Below, one piece after another: positions 18,213-27,360 of a stretch of 64,000 nt of DNA; position 1 is the first letter of the stretch; the number at the start of each line of letters is the position of its first letter. The notes below the pieces were generated by a model, which had not been told where the DNA came from, searched no databases, and saw only the letters and a list, made by a program, of their open reading frames with translations. The stretch comes from Polyangiales bacterium. GTDB taxonomy: Bacteria > Myxococcota_A > Polyangia > Polyangiales > Ga0077539. Made by a program: the position numbers and the translations under genes. Location: positions 576,001 to 640,000 of the forward strand of contig JBGARZ010000002.1 in assembly GCA_044229975.1 (NCBI GenBank). Direction: 5' to 3'.

Positions 18213-19655
18213 TCAGCGGGCAGCGGGAGCGGTGGGGCGCGCGGGTGCGGCGGGACGAGCGGGCGCAGCGGGTCGCGCGGGTGCAGCGGCGGGACGTGCG
18301 GGCGCAGCGGCGGGAGCAGCAGCGGGTGCCGCGGCGCGCGGGATCACGTCGAGCACGGTGCGATTCTCGGGGCGGAAGTACTGAGCGGCGACGCGCTGCA
18401 CGTCGGCCGGGGTGACCGCGAGGTAGCGATCGAGCTCGGTGCGGAGCAGCGCGGCGTTGCCGTCGTACATCTCGAACTCGGCGAGGCGGCGCGCGCGGGC
18501 GAGGTTGCTCTGGATGCCGAACACGAACCCGCGGCGGTAGAGGTTGCGGGCCTTGTCGAGCTCGCGCGCCGTGATCCCGTGCGAGGCGATGTCGGCGATC
18601 TGGCGGTAGATGACCTCGCGCGCCTCGGCGGGCTGATGGCCGCTGGCGAGCACGCACCACACGGTGAGCACGTCAGGGCCGCGGCGGTCTTCGGTGTCGA
18701 CGGAGATCTCGCTGGCGATCTCGCGGGTCTTCACCAGCTCCTGATAGAGCCGCGAGCTCTCGCCGCTCGCGAGCACCGTCGCGAGGATGTCGAGGGGGTA
18801 GTGGTCGGGCGTCCGCCGCGGGGGGATGTGATACGAGAGGTGGAAGGCGGGCAGCGGGGCGAGGCGGTCTTCGATCGTTCCGGTGCGCTCCTCGGTCTGC
18901 GCGGTGAAGCCAGGGTCGGTCCACGCGGGGGCGTGGCGCGCGGGGATGGCGCCGAAGTGCTGGCGAACGAGCGCGAGCGCGGCCGCGGGCTCGAAGTCCC
19001 CGGAGAGCGCGATGACGGCGTTGTCGGGCGCGTAGTAGCGATCGTGGAAGGCGCGAACGTCTTCGAGCGACGCGCGCTGGAGGTCGGCCATGTCGCCGAT
19101 GACGCTGTGCTCGTAGGGCCAGTAGCCGCGAAACGCGAGCGTGTCGCGCTCGATGAACGACAGCGCGTAGGGGCGGTTTTCGTAGGACTGCCGTCGCTCT
19201 TCCATCACGGTCTGCCGCTGGTTTTCGAAGTTCTCGGCGGTGATGGCGAGCGAGCGCATGCGGTCGGCTTCGAGGAAGACCCCGACCTCCAGCGCGTTGC
19301 TCGGCAGCGTCTCGAAGTAGTTGGTGCGGTCTTCCGAGGTGGTGCCGTTGAGCGAGCCGCCCTGCGTGCTGATGAGGCGGAAGTGCTCGCCCTTGCCGAC
19401 GTTGGCGCTGCCCTCGAACATCATGTGCTCGAAGAGGTGCGCGAAGCCTGAGCGCCCGCGCTCCTCCACCCGCGCGCCGACGTCGTAGTAGACCGCGATG
19501 GCCACCGTCGGGGACGTGTGGTCGGGGCTCATCACCACCCGCAGCCCGTTGTCGAGGCGCTCGACCTGCACCGGAACGGGGAGTTCCTGCCCCTGGGCGA
19601 CGCCGGCGGAGGTGATGCACCCCGCGGCCAGCCACGTCGCGACCCTCGTGCCCAT
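18213..19655 (-). CDS. M16B zinc peptidase, catalytic subunit
   Basis: SGFAHLFEHMMF (HxxEH), NGTTSEDRTNYFE and EERRQ motifs; signal-like N-terminus; start re-picked. Confidence 0.9.
   Translation of the reverse strand: MGTRVATWLAAGCITSAGVAQGQELPVPVQVERLDNGLRVVMSPDHTSPTVAIAVYYDVGARVEERGRSGFAHLFEHMMFEGSANVGKGEHFRLISTQGGSLNGTTSEDRTNYFETLPSNALEVGVFLEADRMRSLAITAENFENQRQTVMEERRQSYENRPYALSFIERDTLAFRGYWPYEHSVIGDMADLQRASLEDVRAFHDRYYAPDNAVIALSGDFEPAAALALVRQHFGAIPARHAPAWTDPGFTAQTEERTGTIEDRLAPLPAFHLSYHIPPRRTPDHYPLDILATVLASGESSRLYQELVKTREIASEISVDTEDRRGPDVLTVWCVLASGHQPAEAREVIYRQIADIASHGITARELDKARNLYRRGFVFGIQSNLARARRLAEFEMYDGNAALLRTELDRYLAVTPADVQRVAAQYFRPENRTVLDVIPRAAAPAAAPAAAPARPAAAPARPAAPARPAAPARPTAPAAR
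18216..18340 (-). repeat. coding tandem repeat, (PAAPAR)-like C-terminal tail
   Basis: Encodes AAAPAAAPAAAPARPAAAPARPAAPARPAAPARPTAPAAR. Confidence 0.8.
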
Positions 19656-19937
19656 TCGACCTTTGACCACCGCGATCCTCCGTTCAACCGCGCCGGGCGC
19701 GCGGCGACGGCGGGAGTAGCACCGGCGAGAGACAACCTTCAAGCGCAGACGCCCCTCCGCCCACGCCTCGCCCCGACAGCTTTCCCGATCCTGAACAAAC
19801 CATGAACCTACCTGCGACCCGAAACCGGAATCGCGCCTCCAACGTAGGGATTCGAGACCTAGGCGGACCCTCGACACGGCGACCGCCGAGCTCAACACAG
19901 GACGTACGACCACAACCGCACGCGAGGAGAACATTCC

Positions 19938-20219
19938 ATGGCGAGCAACGAGACGACGACAGAACGTTCGGCCGGCAACGGGGGTTCGGGGGAATCAACA
20001 GGGGACACGACCGCGGCGGCACCGCGGAAGAAGCAGCGACGCGGCTTCGCGGCGATGGACCCATCGAAGCAGAAGGAGATCGCGAGCAAGGGAGGCAAGG
20101 CGTCCCACGCCCATGGCACCGGCCACGAGTGGAACGCCTCCAGCGCCCGCGACGCTGGCCGCAAGGGTGGCCTCGCCTCTCACGGCGGCCGCGGCAAGGA
20201 TCACCGCAACCCCGTCTGA
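19938..20219 (+). CDS. KGG-repeat general stress protein (YciG/Con-10-like)
   Basis: RRGFAAMDPSKQKEIASKGGKASH...AGRKGG; GAGGAG RBS. Confidence 0.9.
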   Translation: MASNETTTERSAGNGGSGESTGDTTAAAPRKKQRRGFAAMDPSKQKEIASKGGKASHAHGTGHEWNASSARDAGRKGGLASHGGRGKDHRNPV

Positions 20220-20227
20220 CCTGTCCG

Positions 20228-21280
20228 CTACGACTCCCCTTCCCGAGCTTCGATCGACTCGACGGCCCATGCCGCCATCCGTGATGACGCATCGCTGCCC
20301 CGCGCCGCGTGTTCGCGGAGCACGGGCAGATGGCGGCGTGTGCCGACGTTTCCGAGGACCATGGCGGCGTTGCGCGCCATCCGCTCCCAGCCGGGGCGCG
20401 CGAGCGGCGAGCCTTCGGCGAGGTCGCTCCATGCTTCGGCTGTCATCGTGAGAATCGCGGCCGGGTCGACGTCTCGCCAACGCGGGTCGGGCGCAAACGC
20501 GACCGTGCCCTCGCGAGGAGGTGGGGCCGTGCGGTTGAAGGGGCACACGTCCTGGCAGTCGTCGCAGCCGAAGATGCGATCGCCAACGCCCGCTCGCAGC
20601 GACGGATCGATGTCGCCGCCGTGCTCGATGGTGAGGTAGCTGATGCACCGACGCGCATCGAGCACCTGCGGCGCGACGAGGGCGGCCGTGGGACAGCCGT
20701 CGAGGCAGCGGGTGCAGGTTCCGCAGCGCTCTTCCATCGGTGCGTCGGGCGGCAGCGTGAGGTCGGTCACCACCTCGCCGAGCATCAGATAGCTTCCGAG
20801 TCCGGGCGCGATGATGCAGCCGTTGCGGCCGACGAAGCCGACCCCGGCGCGGCGAGCCCAGGCCCGTTCGAGCACCGGCGCGGTGTCCACCATCGGTCTC
20901 GCCTCTGCGCCGTACTCGCGTCGCAACCAGGCTGATAGCTTGCGGAGCTTCTTGCGGAAGAAGTTGTGGTAGTCGCCGCCGCGCGCGTACCGGGCGATGG
21001 TGGCGCCGGGCATGGGCGAGCGCTCGTCGCCGCGGTGGTAGGAGAGCGCGCAGACGATGACCGTGCGCGCGGTGTCCAGGATGCCTGGTCCGCGCACGTC
21101 GCGTCGGACGTCGGCGTTGTCGGCGAGCCAGGACATCTCGCCGTGATGTCCAGCGGCGATCCAGGCGAGGTAGCGGTCGTGGTCATCGACGAGGGCGCCG
21201 ACCTCCGCGAAGCCGACGCGGTGGAAGCCCAGCGACCTCGCGCGGGCCCGCACGGCGTCGCGACGATCGAAGTCGGTCAC
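20228..21280 (-). CDS. queG: tRNA epoxyqueuosine(34) reductase
   Basis: IARYARGGDYH, VDTAPVLER, CGTCTRCLDGCPT, RCISYLTIE and GCDDCQDVCPFN motifs. Confidence 0.95.
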   Translation of the reverse strand: MTDFDRRDAVRARARSLGFHRVGFAEVGALVDDHDRYLAWIAAGHHGEMSWLADNADVRRDVRGPGILDTARTVIVCALSYHRGDERSPMPGATIARYARGGDYHNFFRKKLRKLSAWLRREYGAEARPMVDTAPVLERAWARRAGVGFVGRNGCIIAPGLGSYLMLGEVVTDLTLPPDAPMEERCGTCTRCLDGCPTAALVAPQVLDARRCISYLTIEHGGDIDPSLRAGVGDRIFGCDDCQDVCPFNRTAPPPREGTVAFAPDPRWRDVDPAAILTMTAEAWSDLAEGSPLARPGWERMARNAAMVLGNVGTRRHLPVLREHAARGSDASSRMAAWAVESIEAREGES

Positions 21281-22359
21281 CTCGCGACGCGGGCCACGGC
21301 GCGCACCACCGTCGGCTCGTCGTCCTCGAAGACGGCGGCCCGCGGCGCGGCGAGCGAGGCAACTGAGGCGGAGGCACCGCGCGGGTCATCGGTGCCGTCA
21401 CGCACCAGCGACAGGGCGCCCGCGCTGGTGACGGTCTCGACCTCGTCCATGAACTGATCGACCCGCGCCGCGCCGAGCTGACCGGCTACGAGCAGCTCGT
21501 TTCGCAGGGCGGGGTTGCCCTTCACCATGCCCGCGAGCGCGCCAATGGAGTCGAAGGTGCGGTGCAGGTCATTGACCGCGCCGGCCATGCTGCGCTCCAT
21601 GCGGGACATGCGGCGGCGGAGGTCTTCGGTCTCGTTCTGGATGGCGGCGAGCTCGCTCGTGGTGCGCTCGACGTGGTGGATGAACGTGTCGCGCTCGCGC
21701 CGCAGGTCGAGCACCTCTCGCACGAGCACTTCGGGCGCCTGGGCGTCGGCCAGCGCCACCTGACGCGGCAGCCACACGACGAGCGTGCCGCCGACGAACA
21801 CCGCCGAGCCGCCGAGCTGCGACGCCTCCTGGCTCACCCACCGGCCCTCTTCCGCGAGCACTGCGGCGCTGGTCGCGTCGTCTTCCCACGGAAACTCCAG
21901 GCCCACGCGCTCGGCCTCGATGCGAACACCCAACGTCACCCAGCCGTCGGTCTGCACCGCCGCCGCCCGCTCGATGAGGAAGGCCATGATGCGCCGCAGA
22001 CCGCCGCCGTCGACGAGCACCACCGCCGAAGGCGCGCGGCACTCGATGCGCAACCGAACGGGGCCCTCGCCGTACTCGTCGGCGAGCTTCCACGCGAGCG
22101 CCACCACATCGATGGAGGTCGACTGCGCCGCGCTCCGTTGCAGCACGCCACCGTAGAGCGCGTGCAGGTGGAAGAGCGCCGTGTGCAGCGAGCGCACCGC
22201 GTCGCGCAGCGCACCGAAGCTCGGCCCGTGGTCTCCGCCCATCGCGCGCAGCTCGGAGGAGATGCGATCAGCCGCCCCGTGAGCCGCCGACAGCAGCGGC
22301 CGCGTCATCTGGACGCGCGCGTCGTCTCCGTCCCGATCGTCACTGTCATCGCGAGCCAT
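21277..22359 (-). CDS. degenerate histidine-kinase-like protein with coiled coil
   Basis: 3' part of track ORF 21277..23772. HATPase-like pattern VLVDGGGLRRIMAFLIERA...GWVTLGV...LGGS...VWLP; overlaps the queG start (GTGA). Confidence 0.6.
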   Translation of the reverse strand: MARDDSDDRDGDDARVQMTRPLLSAAHGAADRISSELRAMGGDHGPSFGALRDAVRSLHTALFHLHALYGGVLQRSAAQSTSIDVVALAWKLADEYGEGPVRLRIECRAPSAVVLVDGGGLRRIMAFLIERAAAVQTDGWVTLGVRIEAERVGLEFPWEDDATSAAVLAEEGRWVSQEASQLGGSAVFVGGTLVVWLPRQVALADAQAPEVLVREVLDLRRERDTFIHHVERTTSELAAIQNETEDLRRRMSRMERSMAGAVNDLHRTFDSIGALAGMVKGNPALRNELLVAGQLGAARVDQFMDEVETVTSAGALSLVRDGTDDPRGASASVASLAAPRAAVFEDDEPTVVRAVARVAR

Positions 22360-22380
22360 GAATTGCGCTCCAGTGCCGCT

Positions 22381-23889
22381 ATGATTCACGACTCGCACGC
22401 AAACGCCAAGACGTCGTTGACGCCAAATCTCACGAGGCTCCCGCTGACTCCGTTCTGTCCGCCCGCGCCGACACCGCTTCGCCTCGCGGTCATCGCCCTC
22501 CTGACGCTTCTTTGCGTGGTGACGGCGGCCTCGGCGCACCCCCTCGGGATGTCGTCGATCAACCGCTACGCCGGGGTGCGGTTGCACGCCGAGCACCTGG
22601 AGCTCGATTACCTCCTCGACTACGCCGAACTCCCTGCCTGGAGGGAGATCGAGACCCTCGACACCGACCACGACGAGCGCGTGACACCCGCCGAGCGCGA
22701 CCGCTACCTCGACCAGGTCGCGGCCCAGGTGCTGGCCTCCCTCACCCTCGTCGTCGACGGCGTGGCCGTGACCCCCACCGTCGCCGCCCGCAGCCTCGAC
22801 GCCCCGCCCGGCCAGAACGGTCTCAGCACCCTCCGCATCGCCCTCGAACTCCGCGCGCCCCTTCCCCCGATCGCGGGCGTGCGGAATACCAATGTTCGTA
22901 TTCACGACGACCTGTACGCGCGGCGCGACGGCTGGCGCGAGCTCGGCGCCCTCCCCTCTCCCACCGCCACGCTGCGCTCGTCCACCCTCCCCGCGTCGAC
23001 CACGGGCGCTGGTCCGCAGCTCGCGTACCCCGTCGACCCGCGCAACCCGACCGCCGTCCGCGCCGCGATGCCACGCCAGGACGACGCGACCTTCGTCTTC
23101 GAGCGCCACCCTCCCGACGACTCCGCGAGCGCTGCTACGGCGCGGCCGCGGATGCCCACCGGGGAAGGCGATCCGAGCGGTCGTCGCCTCGCGGGGCTGT
23201 TGCGATCCGTCGATCGTACCTGGGGCTTCGCGCTCTTCGCCCTCGCCCTCGCCTTCGGGTTGGGAGCGGGACACGCGCTCTCGCCAGGTCACGGCAAGAC
23301 GCTCGTCGCGGCGTGGATGGTGGGCGACCGCGGCCGACCGCGCGACGCCGTGGTGCTCGGCTTCACCATGGCGGCGACGCACACGCTGTCGGTGTTCGTG
23401 CTGGGGATGTTCGCGCTGCCCCTGGAGGCGCGCATCGGCAGCGACAAGCTGCTCCGCACGCTGGAGCTGGTCGCTGGAACGCTCGTCGTCGGCCTCGCCG
23501 TGACGCAGCTCCCTGCGCGTTGGCGACGGTGGCGAGCTGGTCCCGTGGAGGTCGCGCCCGGCGAGACGACAGCACCCGCGGTGCCCACCACACGATCGAT
23601 CGTGGCGATGGGCGTGAGCGGCGGGATCGTTCCGTGTCCAGGGGCGCTGGTGGTGCTGCTGACGGCGGTGGCGCTGCACCGGGTGGCCTTCGGCCTCGGG
23701 CTGCTGGTGGCGTTTTCGCTCGGGCTCGCTTCGGTGCTGACGGCCATCGGGCTGTCCATCGCCTACGCCCAACGTCGCGTGACGACGCGATGGCGCACCC
23801 CACGGCTGATGCTGCTGGTGCCCGTGCTGTCGTCGGTCGTGGTGCTCTCGCTGGGTGCGCTGCTCGCGGCGCGTGCGCTGGCGCGCTGA
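22381..23889 (+). CDS. RcnA/NicO-family nickel/cobalt transporter with N-terminal periplasmic domain
   Basis: Signal peptide ending ASA-HPLG; GAGHALSPGHGKT, THT and GGIVPCPGAL motifs. Start uncertain. Confidence 0.85.
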   Translation: MIHDSHANAKTSLTPNLTRLPLTPFCPPAPTPLRLAVIALLTLLCVVTAASAHPLGMSSINRYAGVRLHAEHLELDYLLDYAELPAWREIETLDTDHDERVTPAERDRYLDQVAAQVLASLTLVVDGVAVTPTVAARSLDAPPGQNGLSTLRIALELRAPLPPIAGVRNTNVRIHDDLYARRDGWRELGALPSPTATLRSSTLPASTTGAGPQLAYPVDPRNPTAVRAAMPRQDDATFVFERHPPDDSASAATARPRMPTGEGDPSGRRLAGLLRSVDRTWGFALFALALAFGLGAGHALSPGHGKTLVAAWMVGDRGRPRDAVVLGFTMAATHTLSVFVLGMFALPLEARIGSDKLLRTLELVAGTLVVGLAVTQLPARWRRWRAGPVEVAPGETTAPAVPTTRSIVAMGVSGGIVPCPGALVVLLTAVALHRVAFGLGLLVAFSLGLASVLTAIGLSIAYAQRRVTTRWRTPRLMLLVPVLSSVVVLSLGALLAARALAR

Positions 23890-23908
23890 CCTCTGCTATG
23901 GCGCCGCC

Positions 23909-24571
23909 ATGAGCCTTGCCCGCACGCTCGAACCCGAGGCGATGGACACCCCCGAGGAGACCGACGCCTACGACGCCATGGACCACGGCGCCGTCAACCG
24001 CGCCTTCGTCACCGACCTGCTCGCGGTGGCGCCCGCTCCCGTTCGCGTGCTCGACCTCGGCGCCGGCACCGCGCTCATCCCCATCACGCTCGCCCACGCT
24101 GCCCCGAGCGCTCGCATCACCGCGGTCGACCTCGCGGCCACCATGCTCCGCCGCGGTGCCGAGCACGTCGCGCGAGAGAAGCTCACCGCGCGCATCGGTC
24201 TCGTCGTCGCGAGCGCCACGGCCCTGCCCTACGCCCGCGGCGCCTTCGACGTGGTGGTGTCCAACAGCCTCGCGCACCACATCCCCGAACCCGCGCTCTT
24301 CTTCGCGGCGGTGGCCCACGTCGCTGGAGACGGCGCGGTGTTTGTTCGCGACCTCGCGCGGCCCGACTCGTCGGACGCTGTCGATGCGCTGGTCGAACGC
24401 TACGCCGCGGGCGAGACCGAGCCGGCACGCGAGCTCTTCCGCGCGTCGTTGCACGCGGCGCTCACCGTGGATGAAGTGCGTGTCATGGCCGACGCGGCCG
24501 GGCTCGCCGACGCGACGGTCGCCATGAGCAGCGACCGCCACTGGACGCTCTCGCGACCCGCCAGGGTCTAG
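23909..24571 (+). CDS. class I SAM-dependent methyltransferase
   Basis: RTLEPEAMD, VLDLGAGTA and FDVVVSNSLAHH motifs. Confidence 0.85.
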   Translation: MSLARTLEPEAMDTPEETDAYDAMDHGAVNRAFVTDLLAVAPAPVRVLDLGAGTALIPITLAHAAPSARITAVDLAATMLRRGAEHVAREKLTARIGLVVASATALPYARGAFDVVVSNSLAHHIPEPALFFAAVAHVAGDGAVFVRDLARPDSSDAVDALVERYAAGETEPARELFRASLHAALTVDEVRVMADAAGLADATVAMSSDRHWTLSRPARV

Positions 24572-27222
24572 GCTTCGGCGGCGGGCGGCGCGACGTCGCA
24601 GTCGACGATCTCGAAGAGACCATCGGCGAGGTCGGCCTTCGCGATGAGCGTGACGGCGGGCGCGCGCACCGAGATGGCGAGGTCAGCGAGCGCGGGCGCG
24701 AGGCGCGCGGCCGTGATGGGGCTCACCGCGACGGAGAGCCGCAGCACCATGCGACCGACGCTCGCACCGAGCTCGCTCTTGCGGCGGTTGATGGCGTTCA
24801 TGGCGGCGGTGGCGAGCGAGAGGAGCTCGGGGTCGGCCGGCGCTTCGACGTCGGCGAAGTCACGCGACGAGGGCCACGGCGCGCGGTGCACCGACGGGTG
24901 CCCGGTCTCCACCGCGAACACCCACGACCAGACCTCTTCGGTGATGTACGGCAGCACCGGCGCGAACAGACGCAGCAGCACGCTCAGGCCCAACCGCAGC
25001 GCCGCGACGGCCGACCCGCGCGCGGCGGCGTGTTCGTCGCCGTCGGTGCGGGCGCGGCCCTTGGCGAGCTCAAGGTACGAGTCGGTGAACCACTGCCAGA
25101 AGAAGGCTTCGGTGCGCTCCAGAGCGCGGGCGTAGTCGAGGTCGTCGAAGTCCGCCGAGGTGGCGCGCGCCAGCTCGCTCAACGCGTGCACGAATGCGCG
25201 ATCGAGCTCCGACGTGATCGGGTGCGCCTCGGCCTTCTGCGAGAGCACGTACTTGCCCGCGTTGTAGAGCTTGGTGACGAGGCGCCGGCCGACCTTGAAC
25301 ACCTTCTCGTCGAAGGCCGTGTCGGTCCCGAGTCGCGCGCACGCCGCCCAGTAGCGGACACCGTCGGCGCCGTACTGCTCCAACAGGTGCATCGGCGTGA
25401 CGACGTTGCCCTTGCTCTTGGACATCTTCTTGCGCTCGGAGTCGAGGATCCATCCCGAGATGGCGACGTGCTTCCACGGGATCGTCCCCTCGTGGAGCAT
25501 CGCCTTCGCGATCGTATAGAACGCCCACGTCCGGATGATCTCGTGGCTCTGCGGGCGCAGATCCGAAGGGAAGAGCCGCGCGTGGCGCTCGGCGTCGACG
25601 CCCCACTGCGATCCGATTTGCGGCGTGAGCGAGCTCGTGAACCACGTGTCGAACACGTCGGCCTCGGCGGTGAACCCGTTGGGTTGATCGCGCTGCGAGG
25701 CGCGGTAGCCCGCGGGCAGATCCACCGTCGGATCGACCGGGAGCTGCGCGCGCGGCGCGATGATGGGGCGCTCGTAGAGGGGCTGTCCCTGGGCATCGAG
25801 CGGGTACCACACCGGAAACTGCACCCCGAAGTAGCGCTGCCGTGAGACGCACCAGTCGAACTGGAGGTTCTCCGTCCAGTTGCGATAGCGGAGGCGCATG
25901 AACTCGGGGTGCCACTCGACCTTGTCACCGTACGCGAGCAGCTCTTCCTTCTTGTCCAGCAGCCGCACGAACCACTGCCGCGTGGTGATGAACTCCAGCG
26001 GCTGGTCGCCCTTCTCGAAGAACTTCACCGCGCGCTCGATGGGCTTCGGATCGCCCTCCAGCGGCGCGCCCATGCCCTCGCGAGCGGCGTGTTCGGGGCG
26101 TCGCAGCATCTCCACGACGACGGTGCGGGCCTGCTTCACACCGCGGCCGACGAGCGTCGCGTAGGCGGCGTTGGCGGCGGCCGGGTCGCGGCTCTCGAAG
26201 GTCGCGTCGCCGAAGGTGACGGGGATGAGCCGACCGTTGCGACCGATGATCTGACGGAGCGAGAGGCGCTGCTCACGCCACCACTGCACGTCGGTCTGAT
26301 CGCCGAAGGTGCACACCATCAAGATGCCAGTGCCCTTCTCGCGGTCGACGAGGGTGCTCGGGAAGATGGGGACCGGCGCGCGGAAGATGGGCGTGAGCGC
26401 CGTGCGGCCGAAGAGGTGTTGGAAGCGCGGGTCGTCGGGGTGCGCCGTGACGCCGACACACGCGGCGAGCAGCTCGGGGCGCGTGGTGGCGATGGTGAAG
26501 CGCTCGTCGCCGCCCTCCACCGCGAAGGTGATGTTGTGAAACGAGCCCTGGGTGGGGCGGTCTTCGAGCTCGGCCTGCGCGATGGCCGTCTGGAAGTCGA
26601 CGTCCCACATGGTCGGCGCCTCGGTCGAGTAGAGGTGGCCCTTGTCGTAGAGGTCGAGGAAGGAGATCTGCGCGACGAGACGGCTGTGGTCGTCGATGGT
26701 GGCGTACTCCTGACGCCAGTCGACCGAGAGGCCGAGGCGCGTCCACAGGGCCTTGAAGACCTTCTCGTCCTCGTGCGTGAGCGACTTGCAGAGCTCGATG
26801 AAGTTGGGGCGTGAGATCTCGCGCGGAGCGACCTTGTCCTTCTTGGAAGGCTCGGGGGCGGCCTCGACAACGAGGCCCGGCTCGTAGGGGACGTGGACGT
26901 TGGTGCGGACGTTGAAGTGGTTCTGCACGCGGCGCTCGGTGGGCAGGCCGTTGTCGTCCCAGCCCATCGGGTAGAAGACGTTGAGCCCGCGCATGCGCCG
27001 CTGCCGCGCGATGACGTCGGTGTGCGTGTAGCTGAACATGTGCCCCATGTGCAGCGAACCGGAGACGGTGGGCGGGGGCGTGTCGATGACGAAGGTCTCC
27101 TCGCGCGGTCGCGAGGGGTCGTAGTGGTAGACACGCTCGGCCTCCCAGCGGGCGGCGAGGCGGGTCTCTGCTTCGTTGGGTTCGAAGTGCTTGGGGAGAG
27201 CGTCGGGGTCGATGGTCTTCAT
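24568..27222 (-). CDS. valS: valine--tRNA ligase (short, archaeal/actinobacterial-like type)
   Basis: DTPPPTVSGSLHMGH, DWCVSRQRYFG, KMSKSKGN and RPQSHEIIRTW motifs; no C-terminal coiled-coil arm. Confidence 0.95.
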   Translation of the reverse strand: MKTIDPDALPKHFEPNEAETRLAARWEAERVYHYDPSRPREETFVIDTPPPTVSGSLHMGHMFSYTHTDVIARQRRMRGLNVFYPMGWDDNGLPTERRVQNHFNVRTNVHVPYEPGLVVEAAPEPSKKDKVAPREISRPNFIELCKSLTHEDEKVFKALWTRLGLSVDWRQEYATIDDHSRLVAQISFLDLYDKGHLYSTEAPTMWDVDFQTAIAQAELEDRPTQGSFHNITFAVEGGDERFTIATTRPELLAACVGVTAHPDDPRFQHLFGRTALTPIFRAPVPIFPSTLVDREKGTGILMVCTFGDQTDVQWWREQRLSLRQIIGRNGRLIPVTFGDATFESRDPAAANAAYATLVGRGVKQARTVVVEMLRRPEHAAREGMGAPLEGDPKPIERAVKFFEKGDQPLEFITTRQWFVRLLDKKEELLAYGDKVEWHPEFMRLRYRNWTENLQFDWCVSRQRYFGVQFPVWYPLDAQGQPLYERPIIAPRAQLPVDPTVDLPAGYRASQRDQPNGFTAEADVFDTWFTSSLTPQIGSQWGVDAERHARLFPSDLRPQSHEIIRTWAFYTIAKAMLHEGTIPWKHVAISGWILDSERKKMSKSKGNVVTPMHLLEQYGADGVRYWAACARLGTDTAFDEKVFKVGRRLVTKLYNAGKYVLSQKAEAHPITSELDRAFVHALSELARATSADFDDLDYARALERTEAFFWQWFTDSYLELAKGRARTDGDEHAAARGSAVAALRLGLSVLLRLFAPVLPYITEEVWSWVFAVETGHPSVHRAPWPSSRDFADVEAPADPELLSLATAAMNAINRRKSELGASVGRMVLRLSVAVSPITAARLAPALADLAISVRAPAVTLIAKADLADGLFEIVDCDVAPPAAEA

Positions 27223-27360
27223 GGTGTTCCGTGAGGGGCGCGGAAGTTATCACCGCGCGTCCGGTGGTGTGAGCGCGGCCACCGCCCGCCTGCGCCTCGC
27301 TTGCGAAGCCGTGCGCGAGCCGTCATCGTGCGCTCCGAATTGGAGTACGAGCGAGCAACG

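Noticed and set aside
19660..19937. Possible ncRNA/tRNA in the intergenic region (contains AGGGATTCGAGACCT)
   Set aside because: No cloverleaf or recognisable riboswitch; more likely divergent promoters.
21277..23889. Apparent 831-aa and 775-aa fully overlapping ORFs
   Set aside because: Each is a real gene plus an upstream extension that shadows the divergent neighbour; starts were re-picked at 22359 and about 22381.
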